Positions 37,988 to 51,800 are shown, numbered from the whole stretch's first letter. The stretch is DNA of 62,753 bases, filler included, from Choristocarpus tenellus KU-1152 (GCA_964200185.2; 10 parts of 10 records of this genome joined end to end with filler, not necessarily neighbours in it); one strand, 5' to 3'. The notes: a model not told the origin generated them from the sequence alone. Program-made: numbers and translations.

Positions 37988-38612
37988 GTAGGTTGTGCCC
38001 TTGGTTTTGGAAAGGTTGGCCACACCCTGCGTTGGACTTAGTTGCAAACCGTGTGACCCAGCAGTACGTAGAAGAAGTGGATCGAAGAAGTATTTCAAGT
38101 GGTGGGTGGTTATTACTTTGACCGGTCTGAGATGATGGTTAAAAAGAAATGTGAAGCTTCGTACGAAGTACTATTTTTTTGCTTTCTAATGTCTACACTA
38201 CAATGATGATGATGATACTCTTCGTCGCTTTTACAGAGGAAGGCACAGCAACTGTTATTTCACCGCTGTGTACACCTACTCTGCGGCCCCGGGCCCGGTC
38301 TGACCTTGGTAGTAAAAGTGTGTACTTCGTATGTCTCAACAACTTCGCGATGATGATGGTAGATTCACCTCCTTTATGTTTCTACAAAGGCGGCGAGACC
38401 CAAAGAGAATGGCGCTCGTGGCAGATTTACGAAGATCATTCTATTTGCTCTTTCATTACGCACGATGTAAGCTTGCTTCATCCTGTCTTCCGTGTTGCCA
38501 GTTAAGTTATTGGTCAGGCCGCCTTCGAGAGATCATGCAGCGATGTTCTTCGAGTGTTCCTTCTCAATAATTCCTCACTTGTCCACACAAACAACATTAT
38601 TAATTAGGAGCT

Positions 38613-38673
38613 GAGTCAAAGTATCTGAGAGGGTAGAGCCGCGTCCATTTGGAGGTCAAAATCCAATGTTGCA
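38613..38673. mobile_element. MITE family B left end running into a linker
   Basis: GAGTCAAAGTATCTGAGAGGGTAGAGCCGCGTCCATTTGG. Confidence 0.85.
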
Positions 38674-39284
38674 NNNNNNNNNNNNNNNNNNNNNNNNNNN
38701 NNNNNNNNNNNNNNNNNTTAATTAATTAANNNNNNNNNNNNNNNNNNNNNNNNNNNNNNNNNNNNNNNNNNNNCCTTGTTCGCCGCAAGGTGTGTATGCG
38801 AACAATCAACACCGCCTTGCCCTCTCTTATAACTCCCCACCCCCCCACCCCCGCCACCTCGTGTTGGTTGTGTGTTGGCATTTGTGTCTTTTAACTGCTC
38901 TCCTATGATTTGGGTCAATGAGTGACCATTATGTTCATCACACCTGCACTAGAAACCTGTAGTATCATCTTGGTTTTGTTATAGAGTTGGGAGACTTTCC
39001 TTAATACGTTAGACATACTGCTGCGGTATGATGGTGATGCAGGTGTGGCATACAACGGGGATTATAGTTTGCTGTAAATAGCCGTTGAGCCCTGAGAGTC
39101 AATAGGCCACAGATTGTCCAGTACTACTTCAATATCACTCAGTCTTCTCTTCAGTATATAGTGATGTGATTTGAGATAGAATGCTAGTATTCTTTCAAGG
39201 TTTGTATGTTGTCTATAGATTGCATGACTCAGAGGAATTGATACTAATATTGGAAGCTTGGAGTATATCCCCCAGCAAAGTGAT

Positions 39285-39440
39285 GTAAGAAAGGTAGTGA
39301 AGACAGTGGGTTCAACAACTGTGTGCATGCAGGGTGATGGGTCACTTAAGGTTGGTAAATGAGTAAGAAAGGTAGTGAAGACAGTGGGTTCAACAACTGT
39401 GTGCATGCAGGGTGATGGGTCACTTAAGGTTGGTAAATGA
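39285..39440. repeat. Perfect 78-bp tandem duplication (2 copies)
   Basis: GTAAGAAAGGTAGTGAAGACAGTGGG...GGTTGGTAAATGA starting at 39285 and 39363. Confidence 0.95.
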
Positions 39441-39797
39441 TTGTAAGTGCGCCGACTTCGTTGTTTGTTTGGTGTGTAACCCACACTGCCACGAAGGGAA
39501 GCAAGGCGTGACTACAGAGTGGGACAAGAAGCTGTTTTTGTTCTGGTTTTGGTTTTGATCGTTGATTACTGCTCTTTTTTCAAGAGTGATGCGATTGTAA
39601 CGTTTGAAAGGTGTTGTCATTGAGAAAATGTAACATACGACATGCTTGGTCCCCATGGTCAGAAAGGCAATACAAGAGATACCATACATACATACATACC
39701 CGCATGACATTAGTAAGAAAAGACTAGACTACTGCAGAAAAGGAAGGAAAGCACCAAAATCAAATGATGTACAGAAGCATGAGAAGAGAAAGATCGG

Positions 39798-39865
<68 letters not shown>
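39798..39865 (+). repeat. Poly(A) run of about 68 nt
   Basis: Uninterrupted A tract preceded by AGATCGG. Confidence 0.9.
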
Positions 39866-39868
<3 letters not shown>

Positions 39869-41306
39869 GACATATGGTAACTATATACTTTTGTATATTC
39901 AAGCGGAATCATGTCCCAAAACAAATATATGGGGTGTGCATTATGCACGTGTGTTGCGCTCTTGAGTACATGGTATATACTCCGGACCATGTGCATTCAC
40001 TGTTTTGTTTTCATATTGGGCCCAAGGGCAACTCCATGAACAACAACGTGCTGCACTGAAACAGACCTCCACCCAATAGACAAAGCAACATCAAAATGGC
40101 AAGGATGTCAAGGATATTAAGCGCTAGGTATTTATCCGTTGTCCATTCCATAGTTTATTATCATAGTTTATCTTGCCCTGCTCTTCTTTTCCCCCTCTTA
40201 TTTGATGTGGTGGACCCTTGCACCCGGATTCTCTATGCAGAGCAAGGTGGTTAAGAGGAGTAGGAAAGCGTATGTTCACTTTTGGTGTGACTGTTTGGTG
40301 TTGCAAGGACGAAATATGTATGGTACTCTCTGATAAGTGAAATCGACCTGGATGAAGTATCAACATGTACAATAATATGAATAAAAATGCTATTGCTCCG
40401 GAGCAATGTGAATATATATAGGTGCGTGCCGGCATGCCTGAAATAGTTTTGATATAAATAGTTTTGATTTTCATCGAACGCATTGTGTGAGTTTTGGTTT
40501 CTAGCAATAGGTTGTCCTTGTTCCCCCCACCCACCACCCTTCGAAAGGGACGCTCGTTTGTAGATGTAGCGTCATGCAAGGGTTCTTGGAAGTTGTTCAG
40601 GCGATCGGTGATCCTGTGCAGGGTAGTCATACCAGCGCGGAATATTAATCTAAAATTTTCTATGGAACGGTATGACCACCTACTGTGAACAAAATCAATG
40701 ACGATATTTCCTGTCAGTGGTACATGTGTGTAGGCGAGGTATACCCTTTAACGACATGTTGATCTATCGATTCCCCCGATACCTGATTGGTTGGAATATA
40801 TGACCCAACGATGTTCTTTTGGCTATGTTTGGTATTGGGATCCTTTGCCTTTTTAGGCAAGCAACTACTGCAGTGGTGAGAGGCAGTGTGGTACAGTGTA
40901 GCCTCTAGCTTTGCTGTGAGACAACCGTATCCCATTTGAGGACTGGGCGGTTGACTTTCACCAACCACACTGGCTCCCATTGCTGACCTTTGCCCACCCA
41001 CACCCTACCTTCTGTCACACAGGATGATGCCTATAAGTATGTGCGTGTGTGTGTGTGTATAAGTAATAGAAATTGAAGTGTTGAAGCCACTGTACACAAA
41101 GCAATATACAAACCACTGTAATGACCTATATGTAGTTGTGTATGTAATCTCAGTATGAAAGGATTTGTTTGCCCTGCATCCTCCAATGTCTGGTGTCACT
41201 CACTGTACCTTGAGAGTGGCTCATTCTTTCCTTGTCCCTCCTACCCTATCCCACTGCCCTCGCCGTATGCTATTGCTGTTATGCTGTTGCCTGTTTGATG
41301 GCAAAG

Positions 41307-43839
41307 GTGCCCTTCAAGCAACTCAACAAGAACGGGATGGCAGACATTGCATTCAGGACTGTACAGGTGCGTAGTTGAACATTGCACATTTTTTTGTTGG
41401 GGGCGGGGCAGGGATGTCACTTGGGCTTCAACATACAGCACACAACGGGGTATCAGTATTGTCATGAGGAATCACAGATCTGCAAGCAACAAAGTGGGGG
41501 GGGAGGGGGATAGGTGTGATGTTACAGTGTTGGGGAGGTCATTGCCCTCGACGAAAGCCAAACCCAGCAAATATGCTGCGGCAAACATGCTGAGGATAGA
41601 TTCTTTCATAGTAGTGCCGTACTGGTGGTTGAACTGCTACTGTGCACATTTTCATAACCTCGATTGTAGCTTGAGGACAAAGACGAAGTTGGGGTTTTGT
41701 ACGGTATGAGGAAGGCACTTTTGTGTGTGTGTGTGTGTGTGTGTAACCTTTTTTTCTGTTTTGACGTCGTGCTTGATTTTTTCTGTTGGATTTGATATGT
41801 TATTTTTGTGGACTTGGGGATTATTACCGAAGTTAATACTTGTGCTGTAAGACTACTTCCTCTTAGAATTTTTTTGTTGCATGGCTTGATCCAAATAATA
41901 CGATTCGCAGACTAGTGTTATCTAACGACCCATTCTACTAAAAATAAATAAATCTCACAAAGTATGACCCCCTCCCCCTGGCCCGCTTTGGTGACTGACC
42001 TTCTGTGTGCGACCTTGTAACTGTGCATGTGTGTTCCTAAAACCATGCAGGCGGTGAACATACCAAAGGATTCGGGGGTGGAATCGTTGAAGGAGCTATT
42101 TGGTCGGTGTGGTGAGGTCCAAACCGTAAAGATCATTCACAAAAACAGCCCCAGGTTAGTTCTCTGGCTTTTTTTTAATGACAGTGATTATTTTGGGGAG
42201 CATGGCGAGAACTAGTAGTTTTCCTAATGTTGAAGAAGGCATTGGTGTGCAGGGCGAGGATAATGGATTTTTGCTCATCAGTTTTCTTAGGTGCAATAGG
42301 GAATTTTCTTACTATCCTCTTTCACTTCTGTGATGTATATGGCTGGCCTACGTGCTCAGGGACATGCAATTTGTTACACAGGTGTAGGTGTAGGATAGGA
42401 TAGGGGGGGGGGGGTGTTAGGGACAGCATACACAATGTGGTTTTCAGTGGGAACGGAGTGGTCCTCACAGGACTTGAGAATACTTGAGGTAAGTGGTGAT
42501 AGGAGATGATCATCTCTAGAGTTGTTTCATATGAGGTATCGGGTGTGATATTGTTGATTGTGGGGTGTTATCCTGCCTGTCATGATAGAACATTCACTTA
42601 GACCCAGGTTGCAAGTGCCTTAATCTTGCATGTCTGGGGCTTGCTGTTGGTGAGTTTATGCTGCGATGATGAACCCAATCCTTTCAATCCGGTGTGTATG
42701 TGTGTGTGTTTGGGNNNNNNNNNNGTGGTTGGGGATTTTGTGGGGGAGTGTGCACCCCACTCTTTTCAACCGGGTGTGTAGGTGTGTGGTTTGGGGGGGG
42801 GGGGTGGGGGGGCCAGGAACAATGATCAACAGCATCAACCAAGAGGAGTGACCAGAGATGTCTATGCAACTTGCCAGTACTCCACTCCTGAGGAGGCAGT
42901 ACATGTGAGACAGGGTATCCTGTAGTTGTTAGAGTAGTTAACAGTGGCCACCCGCATCATCAATGTGTACTTGATATTGAAGCAAGTACTTACACCATAC
43001 ATACAAAAAGAGTGCATCACATTGAAAAAATCTCTTGAGAGAAAATCAAATGAAGCTAGTCCCTAGTGAAAATAGTCCCTAGCAAATGGCATACTACTTA
43101 GTACCTGTAGTATTACAATGAACTGCATAGGCCCAAAATCCTTTCCACATTCCACAATAGGTAGGTGCATTAGAGAGGTATGTGTTATGTGTAATGAAGA
43201 GGAAGGTGTACTTTGGTCTCCCTCCGATATTGGTTGTGTATTTGTGACAGCCCATGGGTGTATGGCTGGGTGGGTTTTGTGTCCTCGACTTGTCTATCCT
43301 TAACCCTTCCTGTTTGGGGTCTTGGGTGCAAGGGAAGAGGTCACTGCCAACTGTGCAGTAGTCAGATAGTAGGGTTAGGTTTAAGAGCCCTAACCCTAAG
43401 TTGGTATTGTGAGGGTGTTGGTGAGTATTGGGAGGCGTGTGAAAGTAGAGCATAGACTAGTTTGACGAAGTGCAATTGTGGTTCACGAGGTACAATATAT
43501 AGGTGAACAAAGAAAAAACAACTGTGTAGTGTATAGCAGCAAACAGTTCAACTTTGAACTTTGAAAGGCTAGTGAATTTCCATCATTGTGATTTCCTGGT
43601 TTACAGATTTTAATGCAAGCTTTTCATAGCACAAATTGAAGCAGGAAAGTACAGCAGAAGGAATAATAGTATTTATAAGAATATTTACAATGAGGACTTT
43701 TAAACACGTGGCAGGCTGTGAGAGAGCTAACCGACAGCCTCAACTGGAGGGGGGGGCTGAGGGTCACCCTTTCGAATGGAATGACTGCTGAAAAGGCTGC
43801 CAGGATTCTTAATACGGCTACCGGAAAGAAGGCAAAGGG
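41307..43839 (+). CDS. La-related protein (LARP6-like), RRM exons 41307-41366, 42051-42154, 42817-42904, 43715-43839; partial at both ends
   Basis: Spliced VPFKQLNKNGMADIAFRTVQ|AVNIPKDSGVESLKELFGRCGEVQTVKII...|VYATCQYSTPEEAVH|AVRELTDSLNWRGGLRV. The NWRxGLRV ending is characteristic of the LARP6 RRM. Confidence 0.8.
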
Positions 43840-45120
43840 GTGAGTACAGTTGCTCTTGGCTGGGGGGGGGGGGGGGGGGGGGTGTTGCGGCGGCGGTTCC
43901 TCCCTTATGATGCTGCTGCTGCTGCTACTCCCCTTGGTTAACTCTATTGTCAATAGGAAGCACAAGAAAATTCTTGATACCTTTTTTTGTCATTTTTGTT
44001 GGTTGCAGGTGATGGGGTTGAGGTTAGGGTTGAGGAATCTTGTTTTCTGTTCTGCTGAAATCTACCTTACTCCCCTCCCCCACCAACAGGTGGCGAGATG
44101 TTATGTTGGGAGGTTGAAGTTCTTTGTACAGTAGGTATAGGTGTCCAATATATGGTTGTGAAAGTGAAGTCCATGTTTCATGCATCCTGTCTCAGTGTTA
44201 AAAATGACCAAGTTTTGAAAACTCATGTTACACGGATTTTTCTAGTTATTCTTGGCTGTTGAGTGATATCAACATCTCATCGCTATCATAGCAGCCCAGA
44301 GCGATGTCAAGCTTATTTATTTTTTTGGTTGCAAATGTTACTCCCAGACTTTGTAAAATAGGGTTAGGGTTGAGGGATCAGGGGATTTTACAGTGAGTTT
44401 CATGTCAAGCATCATAATAGCTCGTGTGGAACATAAAGATGATGCCATACAACATTCACTCTCTGACCTCATCGACCTGCTCTATATTGTCGGAGTGGTT
44501 CTCACGATAGCCATCCCCTCATTGCTTACCTTTTTTTTTCATGTCATGGAAGGGACCGGAAGGCTTGTGCTGGGCAGGATGGTGAACCACTCGCATGTGA
44601 AATTCAAAAAGGAAGGAGGTGAAGAAAATAGTTATGTGTGTCTGTGCTTGCTGGTTGTGAAATTCCCGTGATGAGGTTGATCAGACTTTACCAGAACATT
44701 TCTTTGTTTTCGTGAAGGTTGGAGGAAGGCGTTTAGGTTTCGAAACTGTTGGAGAAGCACGTGAGGTGAGTGTGTGGGGCTGTATGTCACTACTGTTGGT
44801 GCTGAGATTGGGTATTATGTATGATGTCCAGGTGATGCAAGTGCACTGATGGGAGGGGGGGGTGTTGTTGTTGTTAAGCACTTCTGTAAAGGAGAGTATT
44901 GATTTAGTGTACAGTTTTATGTCATACACTTTTCGTGCCAACAAGGGTCTTGGCGGTTTGAATTATCATGCACATTAGTGGGGGGTATATTGTGTTGTGC
45001 TGAAAGTTGTGTCTTTAGGGNNNNNNNNNNNNNNNNNNNNNNNNNNNNNNNNNNNNNNNNNNNNTTAATTAATTAANNNNNNNNNNNNNNNNNNNNNNNN
45101 NNNNNNNNNNNNNNNNNNNN

Positions 45121-45194
45121 CACACCAAAAAAGTGAAAATCGAAAAAAGGGTGAAAAACGGACGCCGGCACCCCCCCCCCAGATACTTTGACCC
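45121..45194. mobile_element. MITE variant end after a linker
   Basis: Different body but the same CCCCAGATACTTTGACCC terminus. Confidence 0.6.
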
Positions 45195-45709
45195 TACATG
45201 ATACTTGATGCTCGCGTTATTTGGTTTGCCCGGTGCTTTCACCTTTTCATAAGGTACACTCTGTGCAGTTATCATTTTTGTTTGTGTGTGTGTGTGTTTT
45301 ACTCATTTTTTAATATTTTTCAAGTTTATACTCCATGGTTCAGGTGACATTGATTGAACCAATGATTCGATTTGACATCAATAGATTGGATACATTGGCT
45401 CAGGTGACATTGAAAATACTTGTGCGCTTGGCGTCTCTCTAGGGGAAATGCCTGCTCCTTGTGTCTTTTAGCTCTTGCCGTTATCCATGATAGACCTAAC
45501 CCTAACCCTGATAGCTACCAGTTGATTTCCTGGGGGAAATAGAGCATGATGCAAGGACATCTGTCCATTGACTGCATTTCATACTTTGGCATGCGTACCA
45601 CACAGGTCATAGTTGATTGTCTAAACAATTTGCTGGTATATATGTCATCACTTTCACTATTTGTGTGTGTCATCTGCTATGCAAAAGAAGCTTTGGTCTG
45701 ACAATGTTT

Positions 45710-45899
45710 GCCTCAAAGTATCTGGGGAGGGGGGGGGTGGCGGCTGTCCATTCGGGGCCCATTTTTTCATGTCACATTTTTTGTGTAATTTGGTTGTATG
45801 CGACAGGTGGATTAAGCAAGTGCGCTTTTCCTGGTCAGGACCTAAATGGATACCCTGGTGTAGACCCCCCCCCCGCCCGCCCCCAGATACCTTTGGGCC
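45710..45899 (+). mobile_element. MITE family A, complete
   Basis: GCCTCAAAGTATCTGG ... CCAGATACCTTTGGGCC; TSD TTT. Confidence 0.9.
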
Positions 45900-46232
45900 T
45901 TTTGAGAGCAATGTGTATGTAATGATCTACTTCACAGGTTGAGCAAGGATTCATGCGATGTACTGCAACAATTGTGGGAAGAGAAGATGACAAGAGCAAC
46001 CGGCTTAAGAGTTTATGAAGACTTTGTTCAGGGCATCAGGGAAGCCCAAGTACGCTGTCACACTCCTTGACACCACTGTCACACTAGATTGACGTTAATC
46101 AAGCACCATGAGACTGGAATCTGTGCCGAGAATTGCAATGGAGGAGTAGAAGCTCGCTTGGGGTAGGAGCTCTGCTATTTGTGACTCATGTGTAAATTCT
46201 CAACTGAAGTGCAACCCATTTTGCAAACTCGT

Positions 46233-46406
46233 GGCTCAAAGTACCTGGGGAGTGAAGGATTTACACCAGAGCATCCATTTGGGCCCTGATCAGGAGAATT
46301 GCACTTACATTATCTATCCAACGCATGTATCCAAATGACCCAAAAATGGCGACATGGAAAATGGGCCCCGAATGGACAGCCCCCGCCCCCACAGATACTT
46401 TGAGGC
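46233..46406 (-). mobile_element. MITE family A, complete, reverse orientation
   Basis: GGCTCAAAGTACCTGG ... CAGATACTTTGAGGC. Confidence 0.88.
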
Positions 46407-46689
46407 TCATTTCGGTGCTGTTGCACAGTCGCGTACGATGAATAAGACGCATCGACACGAACGCCTTCCATTGTTGTTGTAGTAGTGTTTTTATATTGTT
46501 GAACGCTCATTTATGTCATGTGTCACGTTTAATACTTCAATGAATATGTTGCATCCACAGGTCTTGCTGGGTACCTAGCTCGACACAGTTGAGAGATGAT
46601 TTTCTATCCAGTTTGTTCATTGGTGGGTCTTGCTCTTGGTTAGTTTACTTTGGATAGGACCATATTGTTTCTTCATGATGCTGGGGGTA

Positions 46690-46975
46690 ACTGACCGGTC
46701 GAACTTCACATCTTTGGTGAAGTACGAGATTGGATGGATTTAGTAGATACTGTGAAATGAAGGATGCCGATCTGGACACACTGGTATTTTTTGTAGGAAA
46801 ATAATGTAACTGATTCCTCCACTTAAGAGGGTACCTTGTATGTGAGATGCAAAGCGTTTTTCTGGACGCGGTATATATATATAGTAGCATAATAGAAGAT
46901 CAATGCATTGCTGGTTGTTGCATGGGAATTTGTTGGAGTGTGGAAAACCATCCAAGCGGGGGGAGTGATAAACCT
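46690..46975 (+). mobile_element. Possible Copia RNase H remnant followed by a polypurine tract and the TG of a 3' LTR
   Basis: RTSH..VKY and ENNVTDSST across frameshifts (compare RTKHIDVKYH / ENVADIFTK); AAGCGGGGGGAG-TGATAAACC. Confidence 0.3.
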
Positions 46976-48837
46976 TTCACTCGTCCATAATCACTAATAA
47001 TAACTCGTTACTCAATCTGTGTAACTTGCTACAACATTCTTTTTCTAGGATTCTTCTTGTTGTACTATATTAACCCAGATAATATTATCGTAGTCACCTG
47101 ACAAAGACATTACTATCAATTATCCCGATATCCAACAATAGTTCAACAATTCGCTATTTCTCCTACAGAATAATCTTTTATACATGAAAAAAAAACACAC
47201 ACTCTTGACAGTTAAACCTCTATGGTATTGAGTTGAGGCTAGATCTGAGATGAGTATTTTCCTCAGATACCTTGGGTCAACCCCGACAATTAGTTTTCCT
47301 GCTGCGGCAGTTTAGCAACAGAAGGTCAGTACAGGACCTGTTTTGTTCACGATCAATATGCTTGTCGTGTGATCCATCGAAACCACACGCTACTGCAGTC
47401 GAGCAAGGGCCAGGCTTTTACCAGTGCAAATCAATTACTTTGGCAGTAATTACTTGATACTCTCAACTACCCAAGTACTACACCAAACCTGTATGATGTT
47501 GGACAATATGTCGCTTTTTATTGGTTTTCCTGTTGTTCACAAGTCTGACTAGGGCTCACACCCCACTGCCTCAAATCATGACCTAACTGAAGTCATTCTC
47601 CCCGCCTCCACGTACAAGGGCTATACGATCTAGCTTTTTTTTTTTCTTAATAAAGGAATTGATATATCCTGATTACAACTCTTTTTTTTGTTTTTTCTAG
47701 CTACTTGAAGCTTNNNNNNNNNNNNNNNNNNNNNNNNNNNNNNNNNNNNNNNNNNNNTTAATTAATTAANNNNNNNNNNNNNNNNNNNNNNNNNNNNNNN
47801 NNNNNNNNNNNNNGTGGCGAAGAGAATCACCGGGCAAAACGGACCAGACGAACAAAGACGAACCGTAACCGAGGGTACGAGGTTAAGGTTGGACAAGTGC
47901 AAATTGAGGAGCCATGAGCATCTTCAAAGGAGGGCCTCATGACTACTAGTCAAGATGTGAGAACAAACTGGATCTTCCATGTGTGACAACTGTGAATGTC
48001 GAGCTGTCCCAAGTCTGTGGGATTGGTCTCGTGAAGAGATTCCATGGTTTCATTCTGACGGAAGGTCTGCCAGTGGAATCATGGATGCTTGACAAGGAAC
48101 CTCAATCGGTACAACAGTATAACGGTATATGGCATACGGCAGTAACGGTATAACAACAGACAAACACCCTTTCCACACTTGTGCACGTATGTATACACAC
48201 TGTCACTCTATTTTTATCTTTATGGTTTGTACCCCTAAGGAAGTAGAGCAAATTTTCTGTGGGTTACTGGAAAGTGAAACATTTCATGACATTGTTGGAC
48301 TCCTTTTATTTTTTATCTTAGCGAAGCGAAGCACCCCACCTCCTTCATTTGTGGAGCAACAGTTGTTTGTGCGCCTTTTTATCCTCCACTTCTGTGTGAC
48401 AACTATCCTGACCCATGGTCAGAGGTACTTTACACTGCACTCACTTTACTATGTGTGTACACCACAGAGGTAGTGTCAAAGCATTCACATACCACTGTTC
48501 CACCAAGGGAGATAGTCGCACTCAGTGCTTGCCGAAATCAGAAGACTGGGGGATTGAGTCTCAGCTAGACCGCATTCCTGACTCCTTAGAGCGGGAAGAT
48601 AAATATAGAATGTATGGGGGGGTCTGGGGTACAGGCTCAGTGGGAAAAATGAATGTTGAGATGGACTGCTCTGGGAGAGTGTTTAGTTCGTGCTTCTTTG
48701 CTTCTAGTGACAGTTACAGCAGTTACGAGTATCTTAGTTCGTAGTCCTAAGACACCATGTTAATATGAAGAAAAGCGGTATCTAACTCCAACCCTAGCAT
48801 ACATTTTTTTTAACTAACAATTTTATCGTTTTGTAAG

Positions 48838-51800
48838 TCATGTGACTGAGGTGGAGGGTGACGAGACCGCGGGGGACTACCTGACTATGCACGTCTATGA
48901 CTGCGAAGGGAGCAATGGGAAGAGAGTGCACTACCCAGATGTGCCCATGTACAGAGGAATCTACACCAACAACCCTCACACTCTTGTAAGGTGTGTTCTG
49001 CGTGTATTGTGTATTGGGACCACCTGTGTTGGTGGTGAGGGCGCTGGACTTCAATTGTACTCTCCTTGATAAAATTGAAAAGCATTTTAAGTAGTGGAAG
49101 TCAGATATTTTGTTTTGAGTGTTTTGAAATTGATTCGAGTTTTTTTAGTGTCTGGGGGTTACTTTTGTATTTTTATTCTGTACTGGGATTGTATTGGAGT
49201 ATTCTTTATTAGGAAGTGGACTCGTTTGTGTTCTTATCTTGTTTTTGTAATATTGTTCCTGGAATTGACTTTTTTCTGGAAAGCTTCGTGTGTTTGAAAG
49301 TAACTGTCTCTTGTATGGATTGAGAATTGACTTGACCTGTTATTTTGCAGTGATAGTAAGGGAGATGGGTAGGATAAGAGAGATAGGGTGTGCATTCTTG
49401 AGGCAAGCACTTTGCAGAGACCACACCATTATTGTTTAATTAAATTGAGAACCACTGCAATGATTACTGGCTTGTATCAGGAACATGGTTCAAACTTTTA
49501 GTTGGTACTATTTTATACCCATACAGTTTTGGTTCAGGAAGAGTTGCATCATGATCCCCAACTGAGATTTTTGTTTTTATTTGGCAATGTTGGTCATTTT
49601 GAGAAAAAAAAACCCATCTGTTTCTAAAAAACATTTTTTGTGAAGTTTTAGTGGGAAAAATGAAGAAACGGCGAAGAAAAGGACTCTCTGAAAAATTATA
49701 TATGCTTCTTTTTTATATATATATTTCTGTTTAGTTAGGGCTGTTGTAAAAAGCTCACAGGCCTTTTTTTAAAGGATGAAAAGGGGCAGAGCAAACATTT
49801 CCCATGAACCATTAACCCTCTGGAGAGTGATGTATTTGAGACTAATAGAGTATGAGCATTTGACAAAATCCAATAATCCCCATCCCAAGGAAATTCTTGC
49901 AATGGCGCAAAGTTAGCCTTGTATATACTACAGTAGCTCTTAACAGTACCAGATAGTCCAGACTGCTGGGTAATATTGCCATTAATAATAGTACTGCTGT
50001 TGTTGTTCTTTACAATAGTACGAGGGTTCTTGCCCTCAGTGTCAAAGAGCAGGGTACTCTAGGAGACTTTAAATAATCATGAAAACGTTAAAAATGAAAT
50101 TGAAGTGAGAGCTTTTCCATCTGTAGTCACCATATCGGTTGGTGCAGCATATGTATTGACATGATATGGGTAAAGTCAGTGGATGTGACTGGTCAATGTC
50201 TATTACCCTTCGTAAGATTTTGTTTCATCAGAGTATTGGGATGAAGTACTGGTTCAGAGTAGTACTGTTCTTGAAGATTTCCTCACGCAACCGCTTGGAT
50301 CAAACATCATCCACAGTAATGTTTGGGGTTTTTGCCTTTTTTGTTCAAATGAATTATGTGCAGGTTTGACCTTCCAGTTATCAGCAGCACTGAGGACAAG
50401 GACGTGAAGGTCAATGGAAAAGGGAGCAACAAGGATGAACGGGCTTACACTCTGGTGATCAGCCAACATGAAAAGAAGAGGGACGTCAGGTGAGACTGTC
50501 GCATGATGGTATATATGTTTGTATGAAAAGTATATAATATTATGTTATATGTGTTTCTATGAAAAGCTATGACAAGAATAAACGTAGATGTCCTCTCTTT
50601 CCCAGTTTGTTGGTGCCTTTGTACATATGTACACTCAAGTGGATTTTTCGCAGCTTCCACCTTTGTTTTCCAGTCTGATTCGTAGAGGGTTTGTGTATTT
50701 TGTTTGGCGTTCCCTTGTATTAATAGTATTTGTCGAAGAGATCAAATGCATGGACGTTGGTTTTTCCGGTGGGTTGGGATCAACAGGTCCTTTCCTTGGA
50801 TTGAACAAGTATAGATGAAGCCTCCTACGGAGGATTGCTGCTGCTTCTGTGTCCACATGTGTTCATGAGATGTACAGTGCAGTACAGTCTCAAAATATTA
50901 CCCTTGCATTTTTGTTGCGTTTCTTTGTCTGAAGGTACACGGTGAATGTTTACTGTACTTCTTCCTTCAAGCTGTTCTCTACTCCAGAACCTCCGCCGCA
51001 CAAGAAGACAGTCCATGTAAGATTCTCCACAAAGAATGTTCCTTAGCATCATTCTTTTAATGTGGGAGCTAAGAAAATTCTTTTTGAGTTCGACGGACTA
51101 AAGTGGTCCCCTAATTCTGTTTCTTTTTTCCGAGAACCTTTAATGACTAGTTTTTGACAGCAATGCAAGTGATTCTGAAGTCAAAATGTTGTTGTTGTGT
51201 TACGATTTTCCTCCACTGTGATGGGATGTGACACAACTATATTTTGCAACCATGCTTTTTTACAGCCTTCCTCAATGTATTGGAATATATCAGTGTTTTA
51301 AATTGTGTTTCAGTTCAGTTGATGGTATAGCTGTAACTGCTTATACTGTTCACGATAAATGTAAAAGGCAATATTCCACTTTGATGATTGCCGATTTCCA
51401 CGTTGACTGAAGGCAGGACATTTCCGAACTAGTTGGTGGCCTGCTTGTGAAAATGCTTGTATTTTAAACACCGATAAACCTTCCAGTTCAACCACATAAT
51501 ACTTGCTAAGAAATTTTGGGTTGACTCAATGTCAAGATGATGACTGCAGAGGATAAGCAGTTGTACGTTATGTTCTCAGTTATCAGTAAAAAACATAGTC
51601 GTGTTTGTTGTCCCTGGGACGTTTGGGGGTGACAACATGAAGTTGGTCCGTACTTGGTTTTAGATGTCCTCATCTATCACAACATTCTGGTTCAATAAAA
51701 AAATGTAATTGACTAGTACTTTATTATGAATAGGCCCCAAGAGCAAACTCCTTGAGAATGGACCGTTCCTTCTATTTTTTTCTTTTATTACACCCACCAA

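Noticed and set aside
33512-38600. TGTTGTT...AACAACA as terminal inverted repeats of the module
   Set aside because: Too short and low-complexity, and the ParB gene seems to continue beyond the left site.
33275-38673. The two family-B MITEs as termini of the ParB-Sola element
   Set aside because: They are in direct orientation, belong to a high-copy family, and the left one appears to sit in a ParB intron. They are probably independent insertions that broke the contig.
39646-40059. Poly-Lys / poly-Phe ORFs
   Set aside because: They are produced by the poly(A) run. The preceding AGATCGGAA matches the start of the Illumina adapter, so the tract may itself be an artefact.
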